A stretch of DNA of 64,000 nt from Acidimicrobiales bacterium. GTDB lineage: Bacteria > Actinomycetota > Acidimicrobiia > Acidimicrobiales > RAAP-2. Made by a program: the position numbers and the translations under genes. Shown one piece after another: positions 55,753 to 64,000 of the stretch. How positions within the stretch are numbered: position 1 is the stretch's first letter; every line of letters begins with the position of its first letter. The DNA is taken from the NCBI GenBank assembly GCA_035552395.1, contig DASZLL010000044.1, positions 10,371 through 74,370 of the forward strand, given 5' to 3'. The notes below the pieces were generated by a model. The model saw only the letters and a program-made list of their open reading frames with translations, had not been told where the DNA came from and did no database searches.

Positions 55753-57128
55753 GTGACTACGACGTCATTGTGCTCGGGGGAGGCGCGCCGGGTGAGCACT
55801 GCGCGGCGGCGCTCGCGGCGCGAGGGCAACACGTGGCTCTGGTTGAGCGTGAGCTCGTGGGCGGCGAATGCTCCTACTGGGCTTGCATTCCGTCGAAGTC
55901 TCTTCTCCGTCCTGGCGAGGCCGTACAGGGCGCACGGAATGCCGGAGCGCATGCCGAGGTCGATGTCGAGGCGGCGTTGACCTGGCGGGACTTCATGGTG
56001 TCCAACTACTCCGACGCCGGCCAGGAGCAATGGCTGGCGGACCGAGGCATCGATCTCCTACGGGGCTCCGGTCGACTCGCCGGGACCGGCGTCGTCGAGG
56101 TCGACGGAGTCCGACACACGGCGGAGCACGTCGTCGTGGCCACGGGCGCAGCGCCGTTCGTACCACCCGTTCCTGGCCTCCGCGAGCTCGAAGGGATCTG
56201 GGGCACCCGAGAGGCCACCAGCATGAAGGAGGTCCCGCGCCGGCTTCTCGTCCTGGGCGGTGGATCAGCCGGGGTGGAACTGGCCCAAGTCGTGCGGCGC
56301 CTCGGCGGCGAGTCGCTCGTCGTTGAGGGCGCTGACCGCCTGCTCCCCCGGGAACCCCCGCCGCTCGGCGAGGCGCTTGCTGAGGCGTTCCGCATGGACG
56401 GGATCGAGCTCGCACTCAACCAGCGCGCCGCAGAGGCACGGCGGGCGGGGACCGAGTACGTCTTGGCCTTCGAGGATGGAGAAGAGGTGAGGGGTGACAG
56501 GATTCTCGTGGCAACGGGCCGGCGCCCGCGCGTCAACGACATCGGCCTCGAGTCGGTGGGCCTCACGCCCGACCCCATGGGGATCAAAGTGGACGACCAT
56601 CTGCGTGCCGGCGAGCGTCTCTGGGCGATTGGCGACGTCAACGGAATCTGGCCGTTGACCCACGTCGGCGAATACGAAGGCGACATCGTGGCCGCCAACA
56701 TCGCAGGCGATCCCCGCCCAGCGAACTATGAGGCCGTGCCGCGGGTCACCTATACCGACCCGCAGGCGGCGTCGGTCGGGGCATCAGAGGCGCCATACAG
56801 CGCCATGGTGCCGCTGTCGGAGGTGCCCAAGATGGCGACCTACACGCATGCCTACGCCGAATCCAAGGGTTTCTTGACCCTGCTCAGCGACGGGACACGC
56901 CTCACCGGTGCCTACGCGCTCGGACCCGAAGCCGGTGAGTGGATGCAGCAGGCGACCCTTGCGATCAGGGCACGGGTCCCGCTTGCAGTCCTGATCGACA
57001 CGATGCAGCCCTTCCCGAGTTTCTCGGGGATCTACGACGCAGCCCTGAAGCAACTCAGCATGGCGGTGGCGGACATGCCGCTGCCCGCGAGACCGATGAA
57101 CGCCCAAGTGTCCAACCTTTCGGGGTAA
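55749..57128 (+). CDS. Pyridine nucleotide-disulfide oxidoreductase (dihydrolipoamide dehydrogenase/mycothione reductase-like)
   Basis: GTG 55749 overlaps the upstream stop (GTGA). Motifs seen: YDVIVLGGGAPGEHCA (FAD), the redox-active disulfide GGECSYWACIPSK, the NAD motif VLGGGSAGVE, and a dimerisation domain. Confidence 0.85.
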   Translation: MSDYDVIVLGGGAPGEHCAAALAARGQHVALVERELVGGECSYWACIPSKSLLRPGEAVQGARNAGAHAEVDVEAALTWRDFMVSNYSDAGQEQWLADRGIDLLRGSGRLAGTGVVEVDGVRHTAEHVVVATGAAPFVPPVPGLRELEGIWGTREATSMKEVPRRLLVLGGGSAGVELAQVVRRLGGESLVVEGADRLLPREPPPLGEALAEAFRMDGIELALNQRAAEARRAGTEYVLAFEDGEEVRGDRILVATGRRPRVNDIGLESVGLTPDPMGIKVDDHLRAGERLWAIGDVNGIWPLTHVGEYEGDIVAANIAGDPRPANYEAVPRVTYTDPQAASVGASEAPYSAMVPLSEVPKMATYTHAYAESKGFLTLLSDGTRLTGAYALGPEAGEWMQQATLAIRARVPLAVLIDTMQPFPSFSGIYDAALKQLSMAVADMPLPARPMNAQVSNLSG

Positions 57129-57159
57129 CGAAAAACGATTGGCCCTGCACCTCTCGTGC

Positions 57160-58098
57160 TCACTGGGGCAGCTCCCGCACGACCTCAGCCGGACTCTTGT
57201 CGTCGCGGAGCCCCAGAAAGCGCGGCTGCCGCAGCCGGCCGTCGCTCGTCCATTCGGCAAATCCGACCTGAGCGACGAGTTCGGCTCGTGTCCAGTGCAC
57301 GCCGCGAGGAACGGGGCGCGCATCGACAAACGTCGGTTCGCTGGTTTCCAGCTTCCGCAGCCGGACACCGAGATCGTGAAGTAGCGACCTGGTGTAACCG
57401 GTACCAACCTTCCCGGCGTAGCGGAGGGAACCGTGCTCGTAGTAGCCGACCAGCAGCGCACCAAAGTCCGTCCGGCGGCCACTGGGATCGGTGTAACCGC
57501 CGATGACGAACTCTTGCTCCCAGACGCACTTCAGCTTCAACCAGTCCTTCGAGCGTCCAGCCACGTACGGCGCGTCGGCGCGCTTCGCGATGAGACCCTC
57601 CCAGCCGGATCGGCAGGCCGCGGCGAACCGCCGCTGAGCGTCGTCGCTCCAGGCCTCGCTGAGTTGCAATGCCGAGCTGGACCGGATTGCGTTCGTCAGC
57701 CGGGCGCGGCGCTCGATCAGTGTCCGCTCGGTAATATCCTTGCCGTCGACCTCGAGGAGATCGAAGACGCAGTAGACGACTGGGTACTTAGCTACCTGCT
57801 CCGGGGACGGCCTGGTCAACCCGAGACGTTGCTGGAGGCGGGTGAAGGACGTTTGGTCACCGTCGAAGGCCACCACCTCACCGTCGAGGAGGAGACTTCG
57901 TGGCAGTTGAGCCGCCAACGCGACGCTGACTTCGGGGTAGGTCGAAGTGAGATCCTTCCCGGAACGCGACTCCAGTTGCACGTCGCGACCCGTCTTGCGT
58001 GCGAGACAGCGCTCACCGTCGAACTTACGTTCCAATAGCCAGTCGTCGCCGAAATCGCGACGGTCGGTCAACGTCGCCAGCATGAGCAGGACCACCAT
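57160..58098 (-). CDS. ATP-dependent DNA ligase (LigC/LigD ligase-domain type)
   Basis: 312 aa. Adenylation motif I ERKFDGER, motifs III/IV (VVYCVFDLL, EGLIAK) and a C-terminal OB domain. No Ku gene is visible in the window. An alternative start is 58083. Confidence 0.85.
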   Translation of the reverse strand: MVVLLMLATLTDRRDFGDDWLLERKFDGERCLARKTGRDVQLESRSGKDLTSTYPEVSVALAAQLPRSLLLDGEVVAFDGDQTSFTRLQQRLGLTRPSPEQVAKYPVVYCVFDLLEVDGKDITERTLIERRARLTNAIRSSSALQLSEAWSDDAQRRFAAACRSGWEGLIAKRADAPYVAGRSKDWLKLKCVWEQEFVIGGYTDPSGRRTDFGALLVGYYEHGSLRYAGKVGTGYTRSLLHDLGVRLRKLETSEPTFVDARPVPRGVHWTRAELVAQVGFAEWTSDGRLRQPRFLGLRDDKSPAEVVRELPQ

Positions 58099-58224
58099 GC
58101 CAATATCGTTTCACGTAGACGCTGAGGCGGGCACGGACACTTCGTCTGACATCGACGTGATCCTGAGTGCCACCCGGCGCCGACTGAAGAGTTAGACACA
58201 CCTGACTGCGGTATCCCTCATGAC

Positions 58225-58791
58225 ATGGAGGCAACAATGGGTTCGTCTGATCCGGAGAGCGCACCGTCCGGCCATACCTCCGGAGGTGGGGTCCTGGTTG
58301 GGAACGCCGATGCGAGCAAAGGGATGGTCCTCTTCGAGGATCCACAGTGCCCTTACTGCCGACGGTTTGAGGAGATCAACGGTCCGCTCATCACGGACGC
58401 GTTGGACGCGGGCGAACTGGCAGTCGAATATCGCATGCGCTGCTTCCTGGGTCCAGAGTCAGTCAGAGCCGACAACGCTTTGGCCCTCGCCGCCGAGGCC
58501 GGTCGCTTTGACGAGTTGCGCCGGGCTCTTTTTGCAGCACAGCCCCCGGAGGGTACTGGTGGCTTCACAACCGAGGACCTCTTGCGTATTGGTGCTGAGG
58601 TGGGACTGACCGGCTCGGATTTCGCTTCGGGCGTGCGAGGGGCGCGCTATGAGAAGTGGGTACTGAGACGAGAGGCCCTCTTCGAATCTGAGGACCCACA
58701 GGGAACCCCGGCCGCGTGGCTCGACGGCCGGCCAATCGATCCGAAGGTGCTCTTCGATAGGTCGGCCTTCGAGAACCGAATCCGCGGCTAG
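58225..58791 (+). CDS. DsbA-like thioredoxin-fold protein (CPYC), no obvious signal peptide
   Basis: FEDPQCPYCRRFE active site. The more likely start is the second ATG at 58237, with GGAGG 5 nt upstream. The N-terminus lacks the TM or signal segment usual for actinobacterial DsbA-like proteins. Confidence 0.7.
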   Translation: MEATMGSSDPESAPSGHTSGGGVLVGNADASKGMVLFEDPQCPYCRRFEEINGPLITDALDAGELAVEYRMRCFLGPESVRADNALALAAEAGRFDELRRALFAAQPPEGTGGFTTEDLLRIGAEVGLTGSDFASGVRGARYEKWVLRREALFESEDPQGTPAAWLDGRPIDPKVLFDRSAFENRIRG

Positions 58792-58804
58792 ATCACAGCC
58801 CGAC

Positions 58805-59278
58805 ATGATCCGTCTTATTGCAGCCGTGGATTCTCGACGTGGCATCGCGACCGACTCGGGGATCCCCTGGAAGCTCCCCGGCGACACGGCCTACTTCCAC
58901 GACACCACGGCGACCGGCGTCATCGTGATGGGTTGGGCAACCTACAACGAGTTCGCGGCGCCGCTTCATGAACGGGAGAACTTCGTGCTGACCACTGACA
59001 CGGAAACACTGCGCAAAGGATTCAGCGCGGTCGGCGGTCTCGAGCAACTGGTGACTGAGAACCCGGGCCAAGACATATGGGTCATCGGCGGCGCCACGGT
59101 GTATGCCGAGACCATCCCTGAGGCCCACGAACTGTTCCTGACACAGGTCCTCGGTGACTTCGATTGCACCAAGTTCTTCCCGCCCTACCAAACCGAGTTT
59201 CGACTGGCGACCAGGAGTGAAGATCGTCAAGAAGGAGGCATTACCTATCGCTTTGAAACGTGGCTACGGCAGCCGTGA
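58805..59278 (+). CDS. folA: Dihydrofolate reductase
   Basis: 157 aa. Motifs seen: MIRLIAAVDSRRGIATDSGIPWKLPGDTAYF, VIVMGWATY and VIGGATVY. Confidence 0.85.
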   Translation: MIRLIAAVDSRRGIATDSGIPWKLPGDTAYFHDTTATGVIVMGWATYNEFAAPLHERENFVLTTDTETLRKGFSAVGGLEQLVTENPGQDIWVIGGATVYAETIPEAHELFLTQVLGDFDCTKFFPPYQTEFRLATRSEDRQEGGITYRFETWLRQP

Positions 59279-59309
59279 TCGCACCACCAGCGAGAAGAAA
59301 GAGGACATC

Positions 59310-59761
59310 ATGAACCCTGATGGCCAGCAGAGCGCCGCCCTCGAGGAACACTGCAAGCATCTGAACGCGGAGATTCCGAAGTCGACCACGTCATTTACGG
59401 TGCGGACGCGGTTCTCGACTATCCACAATCAGGAGAGCGATTCCGGAGTCGCGACACAATTTCGGCGCAACGACGCGGCCACCCGCCCAATCGACACTTC
59501 ACTGTCCTCCGGATCGTCGGCGGCGACGATCTTTGGGTGAGCGAGTGCATCATCACGTACGACGGGGTGCCCAGCTACTCGGAGAGCATCATGCAGTTCG
59601 CAAATGGGTCCGTGGTCCATGAGACGCAGTACTTCGCCAACCCCTTTGGAGCGCCCGAGTGGCGGATGGAACTCGCAGAGCCGATGCCGAGCCGGGCCGG
59701 GCCGGGCCTTCGCAAGAGCCTGACCTGGGCCCGGAAGGCCGGTTCTCTCCGTACGGATTGA
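59310..59761 (+). pseudogene. Frameshifted NTF2/SnoaL-like protein
   Basis: MNPDGQQSAALEEHCKHLNA is in the ATG-59310 frame. My translation of the frame offset by two nucleotides then reads GDSEVDHVIYGADAVLDYPQSGERFRSRDTISAQRRGHPPNRHFTVLRIVGGDDLWVSECIITYDGVPSYSESIMQFANGSVVHETQYFANPFGAPEWR..., which is the canonical SnoaL-like pattern, through to the stop at 59761. A single shift lies near 59366-59372. Confidence 0.6.
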
Positions 59762-59862
59762 GAACGTCCGGGATGCCCTAAATCATACTTTGGAGCCAAA
59801 CATCGAGACCGGCTTTGAGGGTCCAGTCGAGATGACTCGTCCACGATCTCTGCTGTTCATTG

Positions 59863-60456
59863 TTACGACGTCGGCGTCGACTGGGCAGCCTGCTTGTTCC
59901 ATCCGTGGAAGTTCGAATGATCGCCTGCATCCCAGGCCTCGCGTAGCCCCGGCTTGCTCAGGTCCCAGTCGGGCCGGATCTCGCTCGTCGCGGCCCGCAG
60001 GTCACGCCAGAGGTCGTCGATCGATGGGCGACCCCAGAACCAGTAGCCGTTGTAGACACTGTGGATCACTAGTCCCGGCTTCAGGACGAGCGTGTACGGG
60101 ATCATCGGGTCGTGGTCCGGATCCGTGTACTCCTGGATGTCGAGATCTTTCTGCACTGTGCGCCCCGGATCGGAGAAGAACGGCCACACCGCACCAACCG
60201 ACGCGCGGAACTCCTGACTCGTGTGGTGGTCGTCCGTCGAGATGGTTGCGATCTGCGTGTAGGCCACCGCGATCTGTGGATACGCCGCCGCTAGCCGGAG
60301 ATGTTGTTGATGCTCTTTTGGGCAGTAGTGACCCCTGGCCAACGTGAGAATCAGTGGGTCGTCGCCTTGAACTTCGCTGAGACTCCGAACTGTCTCGCTG
60401 TGGTCAGGCAGCCTGTAATCGGGGAACACTCCGCCCGGAACAATGTCTCCACGCAT
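59863..60456 (-). CDS. Peroxiredoxin-like (AhpC/TSA/redoxin-fold) protein, intact copy
   Basis: ATG 60456 lies within ORF 59863..60786. 197 aa. Motifs seen: FPDYRLPDHSETVRSLSEVQGDDPLILTLARGHYCPKEHQQH and YNGYWFWGRPS. Confidence 0.8.
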   Translation of the reverse strand: MRGDIVPGGVFPDYRLPDHSETVRSLSEVQGDDPLILTLARGHYCPKEHQQHLRLAAAYPQIAVAYTQIATISTDDHHTSQEFRASVGAVWPFFSDPGRTVQKDLDIQEYTDPDHDPMIPYTLVLKPGLVIHSVYNGYWFWGRPSIDDLWRDLRAATSEIRPDWDLSKPGLREAWDAGDHSNFHGWNKQAAQSTPTS

Positions 60457-60659
60457 GCCTAAACCTCCTTGCGTCCGCACCGCACTCGAGTTCACCCAGT
60501 TCAGCTTTTGAAAAAAACAGATTCGGCGGCAAGAGACCAATGGTACGGGATGACGGGCATGCGTTGAGCGGCGCACGCTGCCCCTTTTGCCTGTCGCTTG
60601 CGAGGCACGCTCCTGATGGAAGATGTCCCGCTCTGTCATGGCTCCATCAGGTACTGGTT

Positions 60660-61083
60660 CTAGCCACCCGGCAGCGTGGTTTGGCCGACCTCGATGAGAT
60701 GCCCATCGGGGTCGCGCATGTAGCAACGGAATTCGGTTTGGTGGTGCTTCGGTGGGGTGAGGAACTCGGCACCGCGTGCGCTCCACTCCGCGCAGACGGT
60801 CTGGATGTCCGAGACCCGGATGTTCAAGAAGCTGGTCGTGCGGTGCGGATCAGGTGGCGTCCCGAGCGTCACCGTGGACTTGTCGTCGGTCGGTCAACCA
60901 CCAACGTTGATGATGATCCAACTGTTGGCGAGTGCCACCTAGGACGGTTGACCAGAATGGATGACCCTTCCGCCGAGCACCTCGGTGTAGAACTGACACG
61001 ACCGCTCCACGTCGTTTGAAACGATGAAATGCGTGATTGCCATCTCGTATGTTGTGGTGCCGTCTTCGGGCATGACTACCTCC
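60660..61083 (-). pseudogene. VOC (glyoxalase-fold) gene interrupted by two in-frame stop codons
   Basis: ATG 61083 has GGAGG 5 nt upstream. One reading frame gives MPEDGTTTYEMAITHFIVSNDVERSCQFYTEVLGGRVIHSGQPS-TAG(60939-60941)-VALANSWIIINVGG-TGA(60894-60896)-PTDDKSTVTLGTPPDPHRTTSFLNIRVSDIQ...RCYMRDPDGHLIEVGQ. Confidence 0.7.
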
Positions 61084-61306
61084 ATTCGCCTCGGTCTGCC
61101 GCGTCGTTGGCCGCGCCGGGTCAGCTTTCGATCGAGAGCGATATCTCCTGACTCACCATGATGGCGGAACGACCGAGCCATCCCATATCGACCTGAGGCG
61201 CACGATCTGCCTGTCCGCGTGCAGCTCGATGCCTGCTCTCGGTCTGGGAAGCCAAGAAATTGGAACGGAGAAGGTTTCGTTGATCGCCCCTGGGTAATTT
61301 CGGAGA

Positions 61307-62461
61307 ATGAGCGGTCGAGCGAAGCCTTCCAGGGATGGGAGCGGCGCTGATCGATCCGCGGATGATCCTCGTGACCGAGAAGGCGTCCCCGCGTCCGCAA
61401 CCCAGGTGATGCGCAGCGTCGTCGCTCGCGTGACCACCCCCCTGCTGCCTGACGACTACCTGCACATGGTGAATCCACTGTGGTCGGCCCGCGAGCTGCG
61501 CGGGAAGATTATTGAGGTCGTCCCCGAGTCCGGGGACGCTGCCACCTTGGTCATCAAGCCTGGGTGGGGTTGGAGCTTCAGTTACCAGGCGGGTCAATAC
61601 GTCGGCATCGGCGTGCGCGTCGACGGCAAGTGGCACTGGCGCTCCTATTCCATTAGCTCCTCCCCCGATAGCAGCTCAAGACGCCGCGGCGGCCACCTGA
61701 CGATCACGGTCAAGGCAATGCCAGAGGGGTTCCTTTCCGAGCACTTGGTTCGCGGTCTGGAACCCGGGACCATCGTGCGGCTCGCGCTGCCCCAGGGTGA
61801 ATTTGTGCTGCCCGATCCCCCACCAGCGAAGATTCTTTTTTGGACCGGGGGTAGCGGCATCACGCCTGTGATGTCCATGCTGCGGACGCTGGATCGCCGC
61901 GGCACCATGCCGGACGTGGTCCACATCCATTCCTCCCCCACGATGAACGCCGCTATCTTCCGCGACGAGCGGTTGTCCCTGGCGGCGCGACGCGATGGGC
62001 TCCAGATGATCGAGAATTTCGATGACGAGCACGGCATCCTCACGGCGGACCGCCTTCCCGAAGTGTGTCCCGATTGGAAGACCCGCGAAGCCTGGGTCTG
62101 TGGTCCCGCTCCCATGCTGGCCGCAGCGGAACGGCGATGGGAGTACGCCAAGCTCACACGACGCCTGCATTTGGAGCGATTCTCGGCCGTACTCACGACA
62201 TCGGCCGAAGGAGGGCGGGTCACCTTTGCCACTTCAGGGAAGGCAACGGAGGTCGACGGCGCCACCACGCTGCTTGAAACGGGAGAGGCGGCAGGCATCA
62301 AGATGCCATTCGGATGTCGTATGGGCATCTGCCACACATGCATCATCCCGCTGAAAAAGGGCATGGTTAAGGACTTACGAAATGGCGCGGAGTACCACGA
62401 GAACACCGGCGTGCAGACATGCGTCACGGCCGCCGCCGGTGATTGCGTACTCGAGATCTAA
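61307..62461 (+). CDS. Ferredoxin-NAD(P) reductase with a C-terminal 2Fe-2S domain (Rv3230c-like desaturase reductase)
   Basis: FAD motif WRSYSIS, NAD motif GGSGITP, and plant-type ferredoxin cysteines CRMGICHTC. The start is uncertain and may be an internal ATG/GTG near 61400. Confidence 0.85.
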   Translation: MSGRAKPSRDGSGADRSADDPRDREGVPASATQVMRSVVARVTTPLLPDDYLHMVNPLWSARELRGKIIEVVPESGDAATLVIKPGWGWSFSYQAGQYVGIGVRVDGKWHWRSYSISSSPDSSSRRRGGHLTITVKAMPEGFLSEHLVRGLEPGTIVRLALPQGEFVLPDPPPAKILFWTGGSGITPVMSMLRTLDRRGTMPDVVHIHSSPTMNAAIFRDERLSLAARRDGLQMIENFDDEHGILTADRLPEVCPDWKTREAWVCGPAPMLAAAERRWEYAKLTRRLHLERFSAVLTTSAEGGRVTFATSGKATEVDGATTLLETGEAAGIKMPFGCRMGICHTCIIPLKKGMVKDLRNGAEYHENTGVQTCVTAAAGDCVLEI

Positions 62462-62467
62462 GGAGAG

Positions 62468-63646
62468 ATGCAAATGGCTATTTCAGATGTGGCGACGTTC
62501 GCTCATCTCAGTGAGATCGACATCGAGGCGCTGAGCCGAGAGTTCGATGCCATCCGCCAGGACATCGAGGAGTCGCGAGGCGCCGATGATGCGGCCTATA
62601 TCGGACGGCTCATCTCCGCGCAACGGCGGCTCGCGGTGGCTGGACGGCTGACGCTGTTCGCCAGCGGGTTTCCCCCGGCCTGGGCCGCCGGGACCGCCAT
62701 GTTGGCGGCCGGGAAGATCCTCGAAAACATGGAGATCGGGCACAACGTGTTGCATGGGCAGTGGGACTGGATGAACGATCCGGAAATCCACTCTGGCACC
62801 TGGGAGTGGGACAACACCTGTCCGGCGGACCAGTGGAAGCACTCCCACAACTTTGTACATCACACGTTCACCAACGTGCTGGGTAAGGACAATGACGTCG
62901 GCTATGGCATCCTGCGCGTGACGAGCGACCAGAAGTGGCACCCGGTCAATTTGGGGCAGCCGATCTACAACGCACTGTTGGCGTTGCTGTTCGAGTGGGG
63001 CGTTGCTCTGCACGATCTGAATATCGAGGCCATCCGAAAGCGCGAGAAGGATCCGAATGAGCTGAAGCGTCAGCTCAAGGGGATCTGGCGCAAGGTACGT
63101 CGCCAAGTGGGCAAGGACTACATCATCTTCCCCGCCCTGTCCGGGCCCAATTTCTTGAGCACGCTGTCAGCCAACGTGACGGCCAATCTGGTACGTAACC
63201 TCTGGTCATACATGATCATCTTCTGCGGGCATTTCCCAGATGGCGCTGAGAAGTTTACGGAGGAAGAGCTTGAAGACGAGACCAAATCCGAGTGGTATTT
63301 GCGTCAGCTGCTTGGGTCAGCCAACTTCGAGGGGAGCCGCTTCCTGCACATCATGGCCGGCAGCCTCGGGTATCAGATCGAGCACCACCTCTTCCCTGAC
63401 CTCCCAAGCAACCGTTACCCCGAGATTGCCGAACGCGTCAGGGCACTATGCGAAAAGTATGACCTTCCCTATACAACCGGTCCCTTGTACCGCCAGTACG
63501 GGCAGGTGCTGCGCACGATCTTCAGGCTGAGCTTCCCGACGAAGACGATCAGCCCTCAGCCCGACGCACCGAAGCCCAGAAGGGCGACACCAGAGGAACT
63601 GCGTCGCCACACTGGACCCCTTGCTCCGCAGGCCGCCGTCGCTTGA
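62468..63646 (+). CDS. desA3: Membrane acyl-CoA/fatty-acid desaturase (DesA3-like)
   Basis: 392 aa. His boxes: HNVLHG, HSHNFVHH and YQIEHHLFP. It lies 6 nt downstream of its reductase partner. Confidence 0.9.
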   Translation: MQMAISDVATFAHLSEIDIEALSREFDAIRQDIEESRGADDAAYIGRLISAQRRLAVAGRLTLFASGFPPAWAAGTAMLAAGKILENMEIGHNVLHGQWDWMNDPEIHSGTWEWDNTCPADQWKHSHNFVHHTFTNVLGKDNDVGYGILRVTSDQKWHPVNLGQPIYNALLALLFEWGVALHDLNIEAIRKREKDPNELKRQLKGIWRKVRRQVGKDYIIFPALSGPNFLSTLSANVTANLVRNLWSYMIIFCGHFPDGAEKFTEEELEDETKSEWYLRQLLGSANFEGSRFLHIMAGSLGYQIEHHLFPDLPSNRYPEIAERVRALCEKYDLPYTTGPLYRQYGQVLRTIFRLSFPTKTISPQPDAPKPRRATPEELRRHTGPLAPQAAVA

Positions 63647-63706
63647 GCAACGAGACGGCTCCAGGGCCATTGGAAGCCGAATCTATTGGCGTTCCGGGCG
63701 GAGTGG

Positions 63707-64000
63707 TCAACGGTTGAACCGCGTGGCCTCATCTGAGCCCGAGGTGGCATTTCCCTCCCCATAGGAATGCGCGCCAGTGCCAGCCAGACTGCCGCCATCG
63801 ACGATCAGGTATTCCTCACGGATGGGGCGTCCCTCGAGGAAACACTCGAGTATCTCCCGAGTCCCAGCGGCGTAACGCGCCTGCGCCGAGAGCGAGCTCC
63901 CTGAGATGTGTGGCGTCATGCCGTGGTTCGGCATCGTGCGCCAGGGATGGTCCTGCGGCGCCGGCTGAGGGAACCAGACGTCGCCCGCGTAACCTGCGAG
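63707..64000 (-). CDS. fdh: NAD-dependent formate dehydrogenase, C-terminal part (5' end outside window)
   Basis: The C-terminus MTPHISGSSLSAQARYAAGTREILECFLEGRPIREEYLIVDGGSLAGTGAHSYGEGNATSGSDEA closely parallels the Pseudomonas sp. 101-type FDH C-terminus. The frame remains open upstream of the listed ATG to the window edge. Confidence 0.85.
   Translation of the reverse strand, partial: LAGYAGDVWFPQPAPQDHPWRTMPNHGMTPHISGSSLSAQARYAAGTREILECFLEGRPIREEYLIVDGGSLAGTGAHSYGEGNATSGSDEATRFNR

Noticed and set aside
60894-60941. In-frame TAG and TGA in the VOC gene as programmed recoding (Pyl/Sec or readthrough)
   Set aside because: I saw no SECIS-like hairpin directly downstream of the TGA. A Gly codon is expected at the TGA position. 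Actinobacteria are not known to use pyrrolysine. Pseudogenisation is the simpler explanation.

Overview
This is a high-GC (roughly 65-70%) actinobacterial chromosomal window. The lineage markers are a mycothiol-type class III alcohol dehydrogenase, F420-type LLM and DDN enzymes, a DprE2-like SDR, a DesA3/Rv3230c-like desaturase-reductase pair and an LAxTG sortase-E sorting signal. I support about 65 protein-coding loci. I found no rRNA, tRNA, CRISPR array, transposase or integrase.

Layout:
- 0-20 kb is densely packed metabolism, with many 4-nt GTGA/ATGA start-stop overlaps. It holds a DUF35 plus SCP-x-type thiolase pair, a P450-TetR pair, an LLM oxidoreductase, an ADH-GGT-fused-ETF operon and a split isobutyryl-CoA-mutase-like pair.
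- 18-29 kb is envelope and signalling: a PAS-GGDEF-EAL protein, an S8 protease ending in a Trp pentapeptide array, DedA, an OmpR/HK two-component system, a phosphodiester glycosidase and a DprE2-like SDR.
- 29-64 kb is patchier, with lower-GC islets. It holds transporters, catalase, FtsH, PFK, a large LuxR/LAL regulator, several VOC/redoxin/SDR-type accessory genes, a DNA ligase, DHFR, the desaturase pair and a partial NAD-formate dehydrogenase at the 3' edge.

Most notable observations:
1. The subtilase C-terminus consists of 18 consecutive 15-bp units (xxxWN). Sixteen of them encode GS(A/T)WN using several synonymous codon versions.
2. A tightly coupled five-gene minus-strand membrane cluster runs PF03640-like lipoprotein, di-iron fatty-acid hydroxylase, DoxX, ICMT-type methyltransferase, then a TM protein with a PF03640-like domain.
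3. Five disrupted genes (frameshifts and in-frame stops) lie between 42.8 and 61.1 kb. One of them has an intact paralog in the same window.
4. A perfect AT-rich 20-bp palindrome lies 30 nt upstream of the P450-TetR operon.
5. A single-polypeptide ETF beta-alpha fusion is translationally coupled to ADH and GGT genes.

Limits: all family assignments come from motif recognition by eye. Start codons are approximate unless stated. No database search was possible.
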